64,000 nt of DNA, taken from assembly GCA_016782425.1 (NCBI GenBank), contig JADHYN010000002.1, positions 40,807 to 104,806 on the forward strand, in the 5' to 3' direction. The DNA comes from Candidatus Omnitrophota bacterium. GTDB lineage: Bacteria; Omnitrophota; Gorgyraeia; JABMRN01; RBG-13-46-9. Both the position numbers and the translations under genes were made by a program. The notes under the pieces were generated by a model. It was not told the origin of the DNA. It made no database searches and saw nothing but the letters and a program-made list of their open reading frames with translations. Positions 28,479 to 38,356 of this stretch are shown here, in pieces (position 1 is the stretch's first letter; every line of letters begins with the position of its first letter).

Positions 28479-30075
28479 CCAAAGCTCCGTCCCCCTCTCC
28501 GCTCTCTATAGCAATCACACCTTTATTATTCTCTATTATTTGATGAACTATGAATAGACCCAGGCCTGTTCCTTTTTCTTTAGTTGTATAGAAGGGGTTG
28601 AAGATGTCTTTTAGTTTTTCTTTGGGGATGCCTTTCCCCGTATCCTGGATAGATATTTCAAGGGTATTGTTTATATCTTGAGTCTTAATGGAAAGCTCTC
28701 CCCCTTCCGGCATGGCCTCTATGCTATTTAGGATTATGTTAATGAAGGCTTGTTTTAACTGGTTTTCATCGCAGGTTATACTGGGGTATTTTGAGTTATA
28801 GCTTTTATTTAGTTTGATATGCTTTTTTATGAATTCATTACTGTATAAGTCCAATACATAGTTTAAGATATTGTGTATATTGTAGGGTTTTAGATTTATC
28901 TTATCTGTCTTTGAGTAGTCTAAGAGCTGATTTATTATATTTGTGATTTTATCTATCTCTTTAGGGACTATGGATTTAAACTTTTCCTTAAATTCAGGAT
29001 CCTGGTATTTCTTATCAACATATTCTACGAATGTCTTTATGCTTGTCAGGGGGTTCTTTATCTCGTGTGCCATGCCTGCAGCAAGGGTGGATACTGTCTT
29101 AAGGCGCTCGCTTCTTTCAAGTTCTGTCTCAAGGAGGCGCTTTTCTCTCTCGATCTGGTCTATTGTCCCTTTGAAGAAGTATTTATCAATAGATCGCTGT
29201 ATCTTATTCTTTAAGGGGGTAAACATTATCGAAAATAGGGCTATTATAGCGATAGCCAGTGGAATAGAGTGATAGCCCGCTACTACGCTAAAGATTCTTT
29301 CTAACAGATATACTACGATAAAGTAAAGAATCGTTATAATGGATATCAAAATGGAATAAATGAAGGTTTTTTTGATAACGACTTCGATATTGAGAAGGTG
29401 ATGTTTTAAAATGGCGTAGGCAATAATAAAAAGTGAAACTAGAATAAAAATAAATCCGAAAGGATAGCATTCTACGCCATAATTGACAACAAAATCCAAT
29501 GATGCTGGTATGAAAAAAATCAGTGATAATAAAATATATTTAATTTGATTACGTTTCTTAATATCTGGTGAAGTTTTGAATTCTTTAAATAAAGAAATGG
29601 CACCATGCAAAGCAAGAAAAGCCAGAAGTACCAAATAAAATGGATGAAGAAAACTGGCCTTGGGGTAATAGCCCCAAAAGTATTTATAATATCCGGATGT
29701 AAAAAGACTAGTAAACCAGGTTAGTAATAAAAATATAGTGCCGAATATATACGCGGTAAAAATAATCTTATTTTCTTTATTTAAAAAAGACATTAAAAAA
29801 TGATAATAAACAATTGGGAGAAATATTACGCCAGAATAGCCGATTTTTAGTAAGACCGGTATTAATCTTTCATAAGGGAAGCTAAATAGAATAAACCAGG
29901 AAAACTGCCATATAAATGTTGCCAGACAAAGTGAGAAAAAGGTCACATTGGTCTTTGACGTTCTATTTTTCAATAACACAAAGGTGCCTAAAAGAATAAA
30001 AAGCGACGCACTTATTAATGGAGGAAATATATATTTTATCATTCCTGTTTTTGTTGATTTAAAAAATCGGGACAC
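28450..30075 (-). CDS. sensor histidine kinase, paralog of 26865-28478
   Basis: Same architecture, with H-box AAGMAHEIKNPLT identical to the paralog. The convergent 3' ends overlap by 29 nt. Confidence 0.85.
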   Translation of the reverse strand: MSRFFKSTKTGMIKYIFPPLISASLFILLGTFVLLKNRTSKTNVTFFSLCLATFIWQFSWFILFSFPYERLIPVLLKIGYSGVIFLPIVYYHFLMSFLNKENKIIFTAYIFGTIFLLLTWFTSLFTSGYYKYFWGYYPKASFLHPFYLVLLAFLALHGAISLFKEFKTSPDIKKRNQIKYILLSLIFFIPASLDFVVNYGVECYPFGFIFILVSLFIIAYAILKHHLLNIEVVIKKTFIYSILISIITILYFIVVYLLERIFSVVAGYHSIPLAIAIIALFSIMFTPLKNKIQRSIDKYFFKGTIDQIEREKRLLETELERSERLKTVSTLAAGMAHEIKNPLTSIKTFVEYVDKKYQDPEFKEKFKSIVPKEIDKITNIINQLLDYSKTDKINLKPYNIHNILNYVLDLYSNEFIKKHIKLNKSYNSKYPSITCDENQLKQAFINIILNSIEAMPEGGELSIKTQDINNTLEISIQDTGKGIPKEKLKDIFNPFYTTKEKGTGLGLFIVHQIIENNKGVIAIESGEGDGALVRVRFLVDK

Positions 30076-30209
30076 ATCCTATTATTATTTCACTTGCGTT
30101 GTCTTGTACCGTTTCCGGTTTTTCATTCAACCTGTCCCCAAAAGTGAACTTAAAACTGTCCCTATACAGAAGCAAGATAGTCCTCCTACTTCGTATCCCT
30201 TTGATAACA

Positions 30210-31580
30210 TTATTTCTTATTACTATTTAAGATTTTCCCTTTTTCGTAGGCAAGTAGGAAAGCGCTTACAACGATGGGATCGAATTGTGTGCCTGAAGAT
30301 GCCTGAATTTCCTGGATGGCAGCATCTGTCATCTGCCGGTGGCGATAGGACCTGTTTGTCGTAATGGCATCGAAAGCATCGCACACGGCTATAATTCTTG
30401 CTATAAGCGGTATTTGGCCTCCTTTTAATCCTTCCGGATACCCTTTTCCGTCATAGCGTTCCTGGTGATATCTAATTTCCCGGGCCACGCTGCCTAATTC
30501 CTTAATGGGGGTAAGAATGGCCGCGCCTATGGCGGGGTGTTCTTTTATTTTCACATATTCTTTCTTTGTAAGTCTGGTCTTTTTACTTAATATGGCGTCT
30601 GGAATACCGATTTTACCGACATCATGTAGAAGTGCCGATATATGTAGCGTTTCCTTAAAATTCTTATACGCCAGGGCCTCCGGAATCCCTTCTAATTCGC
30701 TTGCCGCAGCCAGGCAATATCCTGTTACCCTCTCAGTATGGCCGTGTGTATAGGGGTCTCTTGCGTCTATCGCTGTTGCCAGTGCAATAGCGGTATGCAT
30801 AAAAACGCGGTGTTCCTTGTTGTATAACTCTTTAATCTCCTCGATCCGCTCTTGTAAGCTTTGAATGAGCTGAGCATTGGCAATGGCCATAGAGGCATCG
30901 TTGGCCAATGTCATGAAAAATCCTATCTCTTGTCTTGTAAACTTTTGTTTTGAGATTTTATCGCCTAAAACGAGAATGCCTATTAAACCTTTTTTGTAAT
31001 AAAGCGGTATGCACATATTCGCTTTTAAAATGTCCATCTGCCTCAGAACAAGCTCTATTAAACCGGCCAGATCCTTGTGCTTTTCAAGTGATTCTTTATT
31101 TTTCAAAAGAGCGGCAATCTCCTCGCTAACTAATACCCCGTTTTCGGAAAGTACATAGTTTTTTCTTTCGTCAAACATTTTAATTAAAGGATTCTCAAAC
31201 GTCATTCTGATAAAACCAACCGGGATCTTCGTGCCACCTTCACCCTTGCTATCAATTAAAATAAAAGCATTTTTGTCTTCTTTATACAAAAGAACCGCTG
31301 TGTGGGTAATCCCGAGCTGTTCATCAATAATGTTAACTATCATTTTTATCAGGTGCTCGGGTTTCTTAAAACGGATCATAAGCCTTGAGGCATTTTCCAG
31401 AAACACCTGATAATCCTTTTCCGCCTTTGGCCATTTTTGCACGTTTTCGGCGCCCATGGGTATCAGCGCGCCTTCTGTATCGGTTAATTTATCCAGCATC
31501 CACTGCTGAATCTTAAACCAGCCTTTGTGGTCGATTTTATTCTTAATAAGATCTCTATGCATTTTTCCCCTCTTTTGCAT
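30210..31580 (-). CDS. GAF domain plus HD-GYP phosphodiesterase (c-di-GMP hydrolase family)
   Basis: HDVGKIGIP (HD) and HQERYDGKGYPEGL (GYP); central GAF-like region. Confidence 0.85.
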   Translation of the reverse strand: MQKRGKMHRDLIKNKIDHKGWFKIQQWMLDKLTDTEGALIPMGAENVQKWPKAEKDYQVFLENASRLMIRFKKPEHLIKMIVNIIDEQLGITHTAVLLYKEDKNAFILIDSKGEGGTKIPVGFIRMTFENPLIKMFDERKNYVLSENGVLVSEEIAALLKNKESLEKHKDLAGLIELVLRQMDILKANMCIPLYYKKGLIGILVLGDKISKQKFTRQEIGFFMTLANDASMAIANAQLIQSLQERIEEIKELYNKEHRVFMHTAIALATAIDARDPYTHGHTERVTGYCLAAASELEGIPEALAYKNFKETLHISALLHDVGKIGIPDAILSKKTRLTKKEYVKIKEHPAIGAAILTPIKELGSVAREIRYHQERYDGKGYPEGLKGGQIPLIARIIAVCDAFDAITTNRSYRHRQMTDAAIQEIQASSGTQFDPIVVSAFLLAYEKGKILNSNKK

Positions 31581-31926
31581 ATGACATGACTATTGATTCT
31601 AAGTTTTCCAGTACAAGTGGCTTCGTAATATATTCAAGGGCTCCTATTTTACGCGCGGTATCCATTTTATCCTGGTCTTCGATAGCGGTTACCATTATCA
31701 CTTTCGCTTTTTTATTAACGCCTTTCATTTTTCTTAGTGTTTCGATGCCGTCCATTTCCTTCATTCTAACATCCAAGAGCACTATGTGCGGTTTTTCTCT
31801 TTTGAATATTCTTAAGCCCTCGGATCCGTTTAGTGCCGTAAAAACCTGGAAGTTTCTTTCTTCGAAAAAACTCCTTACAAAATCGCAAACGTCTATTTCA
31901 TCGTCAACAACAAGGATTTTTGTCAT
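31555..31926 (-). CDS. receiver-only response regulator
   Basis: ILVVDDE, LLDVRMKEMDG, ITKPL; 123 aa. Confidence 0.85.
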   Translation of the reverse strand: MTKILVVDDEIDVCDFVRSFFEERNFQVFTALNGSEGLRIFKREKPHIVLLDVRMKEMDGIETLRKMKGVNKKAKVIMVTAIEDQDKMDTARKIGALEYITKPLVLENLESIVMSYAKEGKNA

Positions 31927-32297
31927 AAATCCTCCTTAAGAGATTTTCCGGAATACGCCTTGCTTATAACGTCCTCTAATACCTTTAAAGAATTAAGCGG
32001 TTTGTCCAGATAAGCGTAAGCGCCGGCATTTAACATACGGGCTTTTGTCTTTCCTGCGTCATCGAACGCCGTTACAAAAATCACTTTTGTCTTTGGCTGT
32101 TTGGATTTCAGCAAACCTAATATTTCGTCACCGCTTATTCCTGGCATCTTAAGATCCAATATGGCAATATCCGGATTTTTATTATTGATTAATTCGATAC
32201 CTTGCACTGCTTTGGAGGCAACGTGTATTTCATACCCTCGCAATTCAAAATACTCCTTTAACATCTCGATGAACTCAAGTTCATCGTCTACGGCCAC
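31923..32297 (-). CDS. receiver-only response regulator (start uncertain; GTG at 32297 clips strand beta-1)
   Basis: ILDLKMPGISG, VTAF, LDKPL. The frame stays open upstream (..IIEKKPRIVAVDDE) but has no ATG/GTG/TTG there. Confidence 0.7.
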   Translation of the reverse strand: MAVDDELEFIEMLKEYFELRGYEIHVASKAVQGIELINNKNPDIAILDLKMPGISGDEILGLLKSKQPKTKVIFVTAFDDAGKTKARMLNAGAYAYLDKPLNSLKVLEDVISKAYSGKSLKEDL

Positions 32298-32333
32298 TAT
32301 CCTCGGCTTCTTTTCTATAATAAACCCCGTTTC

Positions 32334-32368
32334 AGTTTTAAGTAATAAGTTTTAAGTTCTAAGTTTTT
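32334..32368. repeat. heptamer array AGTTTTA AGTAATA AGTTTTA AGTTCTA AGTTTTT
   Basis: Read directly; overlaps the last codons and the stop of the four-helix-bundle gene. Confidence 0.85.
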
Positions 32369-32705
32369 TGGAAAAAGAATAAAGCATTCTACTTATTTCT
32401 TTTCCATTAACTATATGTTTTTCAGTTTCTTTTATATTTATCAATTTTAATCTTGCGGATAAATCTAATGCTGTTAATACCTCATTAACAGATCTATAGG
32501 CATAAGATATAAACTGTAAAAACTCTTTATTGCTTGACGTTCCGGCACCTTCAGCTATATTAAGAGGGATTGAAATAACTGCTCTTTTGATTTGAGATGT
32601 TAAATTATATATTTCCGTGGTCGGTAAACTTTTAGACATTTTATAAATATCCTCGCAGTACTCCATGGCTTTCTTATATATCTGTAATTTTCGATAATCT
32701 TGCAT
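32352..32705 (-). CDS. four-helix-bundle protein (23S rRNA intervening-sequence protein / Avd-like family)
   Basis: LTSQIKRAVISIPLNIAEG core typical of this family; 117 aa; no SD upstream. Confidence 0.8.
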   Translation of the reverse strand: MQDYRKLQIYKKAMEYCEDIYKMSKSLPTTEIYNLTSQIKRAVISIPLNIAEGAGTSSNKEFLQFISYAYRSVNEVLTALDLSARLKLINIKETEKHIVNGKEISRMLYSFSKKLRT

Positions 32706-32719
32706 AATCTAAACAATAA

Positions 32720-32754
32720 CTTATAACTTACAACTTAAAACTTATAACTATTTA
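32720..32754. repeat. heptamer array CTTATAA CTTACAA CTTAAAA CTTATAA CTATTTA (inverted relative to 32334-32368)
   Basis: Read directly. Its reverse complement is (AAGTTNT)n, the same unit as the left array. It overlaps the stop of the upstream kinase gene. Confidence 0.85.
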
Positions 32755-34893
32755 CGCGCTTACTTTTTTGGCAGAGGCTGGGAATTCGAGCGTAAACACC
32801 GTTCCGTCGCCTACTTTGCTTTTAACGGATATTTTGCCGCCATTTTTTTCCACAACCTGGCGAACGATAAAAAGGCCAAGCCCCGTTCCTTTGCCCGGTT
32901 CTTTTGTCGTATAGAATGGATTGAATATCTGCCCGAGTTTATCTTCGGGTATTCCATGACCTGTATCTTCGATGTCTATGAAAACTTTACCGCCTGTTTC
33001 TCTTGCTTTTATTACGATCCTTCCTCTTTCTTTTATCGCTTGTGCGGCATTTCGTAGCAAATTGAAAAATATCTCCTGAAGCTGTTTCTTATCGCCGGAG
33101 ATAAGCGATAAATTCTCGCCTATTTCTTTTATGATATCGATTTTATCCAGTTTTAACTCATAACCAACTAACGCTAAAACTTCGTCTATTTCTTCCTTTA
33201 TATCTATATCGTGAGAGACCAGCCCTTTTGATGGTTTCGCAAAACTGGAAAGCCTTTTTGTTATAGCTGTTGCCCTGTCGGTTTCATGTATGACCTTTTC
33301 CATGATCTTTTGTGCTTTTTCGAGAAGTTCATCAGGGGTCTTGTTCTTATATAACCCGTCTTTCATGTTCAATATAAACACTTCGCACTGTCCTCTTGCG
33401 ATCCCCAAGGGATTGCATATTTCGTGATTTATTCCGGCTGAAAGCGTTCCTATGACTGCCATTTTTTCCCTTTGCGCGGCTTCTGCCTGCGTTTTCCCTA
33501 ATTCTTCAAACATTTCGGCGTTGCTTAACGCTATAGCAAGCGTTCTCGCTAATGGCAACAGTATGTCCATATCATCCTGGGTATACTCCTCATCAGATTT
33601 TTTCTTGCCGAGAGTAAGAATGCCCATCATCCCCCCTTGCGATGTTGCAAGCGGTATTGCGAGTTCCAGTTTTAAACGATTCATGTCCTCTATAATTTTT
33701 TCCGGCATCTTGTATTCTTTTATGTGCGCACTTACTGAAAGGCACGTTTTTGTTCTCGCAAGAAATGACGCAAGGGTGTTATCTATTTTTAACACCATAT
33801 TCTTCTCTTTTATTCCCTGTGAAGCCATTAAATTATATTCGTTTTTATCTTCATTTAGAAGGAAAACTCCGCAACTCTGGAGTTTTATAATGTCTGAGAG
33901 TTTGTTTACCGTTAATTTTACAAGCCTGTTTAAATCTAAAACTGTTAATACCTCGCTTGTAAATGTCTTGAGCAATTCTTTGTAATCGTATTTCTTCTGA
34001 AAGAGGTATTTGTCAGTTACGTTTATAAGGAAATTTTCGATTTTTCTTAATGAGAAGATAATTAGTATACTACTTAATATAAGACCTGCTACTCTATCGC
34101 CAAGGCCAGCGCTTTGTGATATGAATTCTTGAATAACTAATGTAGGTAATACAAGCATCGCGGATACCGCTGCTAAAAGACCCGCAAACACAAGGGTCTT
34201 CTTGATAATAACTTCTATGTCCATCAATTGATGGCGAACGATGGCATAACCCATTAATAGAGGATAAAAAAATACGCCAAAATTGCCAAATGGATATATA
34301 TAAACACCAAAACATGGCAAAAAACATAAAAAGCCCCCGCCCCAACCGAGTGCAGCTCCAATGAAAAAGTACGTTATCTGCATTCGTTTCCTCATGTCAT
34401 GAGTTTTCCTATACGCAGCATACAACTCATAGTGACTATAAATTATCAATCCATATATTGAAGCAAATATAAACAAATATAATAAAGGTCCGGGCGGGTT
34501 GACCCAATAAAATTGTGAGAACAAAAACTTTACATTTCCAATAAATAGGTTCTTACTAAATAGGTCATAAAAAAGAAATATAAAACAGGATATATAACTA
34601 AGTATAATTAGTAATCTGCGTTTAATATCCAAAAAAGTACAAACAAAATGTAAAAATAAAGTAGGCAAGAAAATAATTCCTATATATGTTAACTGCCACC
34701 ATAAAAATGCATCATTTGGATTATCATGGATAGTAGATAGTTTTAATCCTCCAAAAGCCCATATCGCGACCCCTAAACTATATGCTGTCCATATATTATT
34801 GAGTTTCTTGCCCTGGCCTTTAATAGCAAGAAATATTGCCATTGATAGACTAGACAGCCCCACCAGTAAACTTGATAAACCAAAAGCATTCAT
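32752..34893 (-). CDS. sensor histidine kinase: 7TM-type N domain, GAF, HisKA, HATPase
   Basis: The N-terminal helices share the AIVRHQLMDIEVIIKK block with the other two kinases. H-box SAGINHEICNPL; GTGLGLFIV. Confidence 0.85.
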   Translation of the reverse strand: MNAFGLSSLLVGLSSLSMAIFLAIKGQGKKLNNIWTAYSLGVAIWAFGGLKLSTIHDNPNDAFLWWQLTYIGIIFLPTLFLHFVCTFLDIKRRLLIILSYISCFIFLFYDLFSKNLFIGNVKFLFSQFYWVNPPGPLLYLFIFASIYGLIIYSHYELYAAYRKTHDMRKRMQITYFFIGAALGWGGGFLCFLPCFGVYIYPFGNFGVFFYPLLMGYAIVRHQLMDIEVIIKKTLVFAGLLAAVSAMLVLPTLVIQEFISQSAGLGDRVAGLILSSILIIFSLRKIENFLINVTDKYLFQKKYDYKELLKTFTSEVLTVLDLNRLVKLTVNKLSDIIKLQSCGVFLLNEDKNEYNLMASQGIKEKNMVLKIDNTLASFLARTKTCLSVSAHIKEYKMPEKIIEDMNRLKLELAIPLATSQGGMMGILTLGKKKSDEEYTQDDMDILLPLARTLAIALSNAEMFEELGKTQAEAAQREKMAVIGTLSAGINHEICNPLGIARGQCEVFILNMKDGLYKNKTPDELLEKAQKIMEKVIHETDRATAITKRLSSFAKPSKGLVSHDIDIKEEIDEVLALVGYELKLDKIDIIKEIGENLSLISGDKKQLQEIFFNLLRNAAQAIKERGRIVIKARETGGKVFIDIEDTGHGIPEDKLGQIFNPFYTTKEPGKGTGLGLFIVRQVVEKNGGKISVKSKVGDGTVFTLEFPASAKKVSA

Positions 34894-35037
34894 AATTATA
34901 TTTTATCCTTTTTCCAGTTATAATCCTTTAATAAAGTAATCCAAAATCTTGGCAATTAATATTCCAATCTTAATATTATTCTAAAGTTGGCTTCAACATT
35001 CTTCAATTGTATACTATTCCATAGAATGTAATTGAGT

Positions 35038-36474
35038 CTAATAGAATTTTTTATTCTTTAGAATTAATTTTGCAGCTCTCCTGCCAGAATACGCCACTGA
35101 AGTTATGCCCCCTTGTCCCAAACCGCTAGTTGACCAATGTCCGGCTAAATATAATCCTTGTACGTCAGTCTCTTTTGGCACTAAAAAGTTAGCTATTTGA
35201 TTTACCGTGGACGCCCATCCATACATTGCACCTTGTCGATTTAGCGTATATTTATTAAAATCAAGGGGCGTTGCTATTGCTTTCACTTCTATAAAATCCG
35301 AAAGATTAGGTATCAATTTTTCAGCTTTTCTAATCATTTTTCTATATATTATTTCTTTATATTTTTTCCAGAATTTTTCATTATGAAACGGCGCACATAC
35401 ATATATCTGCATTGTGCTCTTATTTTTAGGAGATAAACTAGAATCGTGTAATGAAGGAAAAGTACATACTATATAATCAAGCTCTGGTTTTAATATGTTA
35501 ACTGCATAATGTTCATAACAACTGTCTATATTCCATGTATTAAAATACCAAATGGCACAATGGTCTTTTAGAATCTTTTTTAAATCAACTTTTAATCCCA
35601 AAAATACCGCAAAAACAGATGGAGATACCTCCATATTGTTTACTTTTTTCAAAAATTTTTTCTCTTTTATGTCTAATAAATTATTAAATGTATGGGTTGC
35701 ATCTGCATTTGAAACAACAAATTTCGACATTATAATCTCTCCATTTTCTAATCCTATGCCTTGAATGCGTTTATTTTCTGTTATTATCCTTGTAACTTTT
35801 TCTGATAATCTTACACTGCCTCCATAATCATTAAATCTTTGCCCCAAAGAATCGGCAAAGACTTGCGTTCCACCTTTTGGATAATAACCTCCATCTAAAA
35901 TATATTCCCTATATAAAGTGATACCAGTAATAGCGGACAGTCTCGCTGCCGGCAAACCCATATTCCCTAAAAGCACACTTAAACTTGCTATCAATTTTTT
36001 GTCATTAAAATATTGATTAAGAAGATGTTTAAAAGTCTTTTTTTTAGTTTTGGAATATATATGAAGAAAATTCTTTTTTAAAATAAAAGTAAAAAAATTT
36101 TCGATGTTTTCTTTTTCATGTGGAAATTTTTTTTTGATTTCCATTATAGTGTTTCTTCGGTCTTTTCTGATATAAATAACTTTATTTGGTAATACGATTT
36201 TATCGCATGGATCTATTTGTACAAATTCAAAATACTTCTTTAAATTATGTTCTGTAATAAGTCTTCCTATTTCACCACCGTTTCTGCCTCCACCTATATA
36301 ATGAACAGCAACATCGAAAGTAAAACCATTTCTAGTAAAAGACGAACAATATCCTCCCAGTTTATTATGCTGCTCTACAATCAAAACTCTCATTCCTGCT
36401 TTCGCCAAATAGCAACCACAAACCAACCCCCCTATCCCTGCCCCGATTATTACAACATCATATTTAGTATCCAT
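35038..36474 (-). CDS. FAD-dependent oxidoreductase of the phytoene-desaturase (CrtI-like) family
   Basis: YDVVIIGAGIGGL dinucleotide fold followed by VLIVEQHNKLGGY; 478 aa. Confidence 0.75.
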   Translation of the reverse strand: MDTKYDVVIIGAGIGGLVCGCYLAKAGMRVLIVEQHNKLGGYCSSFTRNGFTFDVAVHYIGGGRNGGEIGRLITEHNLKKYFEFVQIDPCDKIVLPNKVIYIRKDRRNTIMEIKKKFPHEKENIENFFTFILKKNFLHIYSKTKKKTFKHLLNQYFNDKKLIASLSVLLGNMGLPAARLSAITGITLYREYILDGGYYPKGGTQVFADSLGQRFNDYGGSVRLSEKVTRIITENKRIQGIGLENGEIIMSKFVVSNADATHTFNNLLDIKEKKFLKKVNNMEVSPSVFAVFLGLKVDLKKILKDHCAIWYFNTWNIDSCYEHYAVNILKPELDYIVCTFPSLHDSSLSPKNKSTMQIYVCAPFHNEKFWKKYKEIIYRKMIRKAEKLIPNLSDFIEVKAIATPLDFNKYTLNRQGAMYGWASTVNQIANFLVPKETDVQGLYLAGHWSTSGLGQGGITSVAYSGRRAAKLILKNKKFY

Positions 36475-36480
36475 ATCAGT

Positions 36481-37074
36481 CTATATATAATCTACTGTGT
36501 CGGAAATTGGTTTTCTCGGTGAACGTTTACCCTTTTCTGCTGAATAACCAAACGTCAAAATTGCTATCAATTCATTATTGGTATTAAAAATTTTGTTAAT
36601 TTCATTTTTGCAGAACAAGGGGGTATCAAGCCAACAAGAACTAATTCCTAAATCTTCCGCAACGAGTATCATATTTTGAATTGCTGCTGAAATTGCAGAA
36701 AGCTGGGCTGCCTTAATTATTCGCGCAAATTTTGAATAAATTAGTTTGAATTTTTCCTTTAATTTTTCTAAATCTTTTGAATTGTAAACAACAATTATAA
36801 ATGGGGCCTTATCGATTATATTTGCTGCTGAAGATAACATGATATTAATCGCTATACCTGTTTTTTTAGACTTTTTAAGAAGCTCAGTAATTTGCTTTAT
36901 TCTTTTTTTCTCTGTCACAACAACAAATTTCCAAGGTTGTATCTTTAGAAAACTGGGTACTGATGGGCCCCAAATTCCTGCCTCTACAATTTTATCAATT
37001 ATTTCTTTTGGAATTGGCTTATCTTTATATTTTCTTATAGTTTTTCTGTCTTTAATTAAGCTAAAAATATCCAT
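36481..37074 (-). CDS. nitroreductase family protein
   Basis: DRKTIRKYKDKPIP N-terminal motif and 197-aa length typical of the family. Confidence 0.7.
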   Translation of the reverse strand: MDIFSLIKDRKTIRKYKDKPIPKEIIDKIVEAGIWGPSVPSFLKIQPWKFVVVTEKKRIKQITELLKKSKKTGIAINIMLSSAANIIDKAPFIIVVYNSKDLEKLKEKFKLIYSKFARIIKAAQLSAISAAIQNMILVAEDLGISSCWLDTPLFCKNEINKIFNTNNELIAILTFGYSAEKGKRSPRKPISDTVDYI

Positions 37075-37081
37075 CTTGTTA

Positions 37082-38356
37082 TTATTCTATTGTTTTCCCA
37101 AACCACTTCGCTAAAGCAACCAAAGTTAACATCGGAGGTATGCCAGGTGCATATGGTAAAACGCTTGCATCGCAGATAAAGAGATTTTTTATTTGCGTTT
37201 CTAACCTATTATTAACTACCTTTCCAATTGCCGCTGTTCCACCCGGATGAGCACCGCGGGGTTTCGTTATAAGTATACTTTTGGGATCGACGCCACATTT
37301 TATAAGAATTTCCTTAGCGATATCGCTACCCTTCTTTAATTTTTCCAGATCATCAGGGGTGGGGTCTTTTTCAATTCTGCCATCTTTACGAACTTTGCCA
37401 ATATTATCATCCCTTATCTTGGTCATAATTCCTAACATCTTATTAAGCTTAAATATTTTCCAGATATATTTTGCTTCTACGCTGGGAAAAAATCCTACAA
37501 TATTATCAACGAATGGCGATAGAATAAATCCCCCTTCTTGATGATACCTATCACATACCACTGCCATTGCTACTTCTTTCGTTTGATTAAAGCCTTCTCT
37601 AAATCCATAAGTTACATTGAACAAATCTACAAACAAATTTTCTCCTGCTTCAATCCCGGAATTCTGTAAAATAATAGGTGTTCCGATTCCCCCTGCACAA
37701 AGAATAGTTTTGTCCGCAAAAAAAGTCTTTTTCATAAAATTCGATTTGCTTCCTTCGATGCCTATGGCTTCCCTATCAGAAACCAAAACTTTTTTAACAG
37801 AAAACCTGGGGACTATATCGACCCTTTCTTTATCTATATCCTTTAGAAGTTCTACTGCAGTCCATTTTGCTCCGTATTTACATCCTAAGGCACAACCCCC
37901 GCAGGAATTACATCTGTTAATTGCGCCAAATTTTGGCATGATACGCGTTTTATGGCCCAACTTATTTGCCGTCATCATGATCTCGGTGGAAGCCTTGCCA
38001 ATAGGGAAGTCCTCTGCATTGACAGAACATTCTTTTTTTGCCAAATTCAGTTCTTCTTTGAGGTCAATTCCAATTTTATCCATCCCTTCTTCGGAGGGCT
38101 CCACCGCGTTGCCGCAACTTACAATACTTGTGCCTCCTACACCAAAAACTCTATAAATCAAAGTCCCCTGAACGCTTCTTGCAAGAGCAAATCTGTCATA
38201 AAATAATGCCGCGTATGCAATGTTACCTAAAGATTTTACGAAATTTCCTTTTTCCACTATAAGGACTTTCTTATTATTTTTGCAAAGCTCCTTTGCAAGG
38301 GCTAACCCGCTTAAACCCGCTCCTACAAGTATGTAATCATATTTCCTTTGCATCAA
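37082..38356 (-). CDS. GMC-like FAD oxidoreductase
   Basis: YDYILVGAGLSGLALA...VLIVEKG, a Cys-rich CNSCGGCALGCKYGAKW block, and C-terminal GAHPGGTAAIG...ICDASVLP. Confidence 0.7.
   Translation of the reverse strand: MMQRKYDYILVGAGLSGLALAKELCKNNKKVLIVEKGNFVKSLGNIAYAALFYDRFALARSVQGTLIYRVFGVGGTSIVSCGNAVEPSEEGMDKIGIDLKEELNLAKKECSVNAEDFPIGKASTEIMMTANKLGHKTRIMPKFGAINRCNSCGGCALGCKYGAKWTAVELLKDIDKERVDIVPRFSVKKVLVSDREAIGIEGSKSNFMKKTFFADKTILCAGGIGTPIILQNSGIEAGENLFVDLFNVTYGFREGFNQTKEVAMAVVCDRYHQEGGFILSPFVDNIVGFFPSVEAKYIWKIFKLNKMLGIMTKIRDDNIGKVRKDGRIEKDPTPDDLEKLKKGSDIAKEILIKCGVDPKSILITKPRGAHPGGTAAIGKVVNNRLETQIKNLFICDASVLPYAPGIPPMLTLVALAKWFGKTIE

Noticed and set aside
32352-32705. Four-helix-bundle gene as part of a diversity-generating retroelement (Avd)
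   Set aside because: No reverse transcriptase gene and no template/variable repeat pair is present anywhere in the window.
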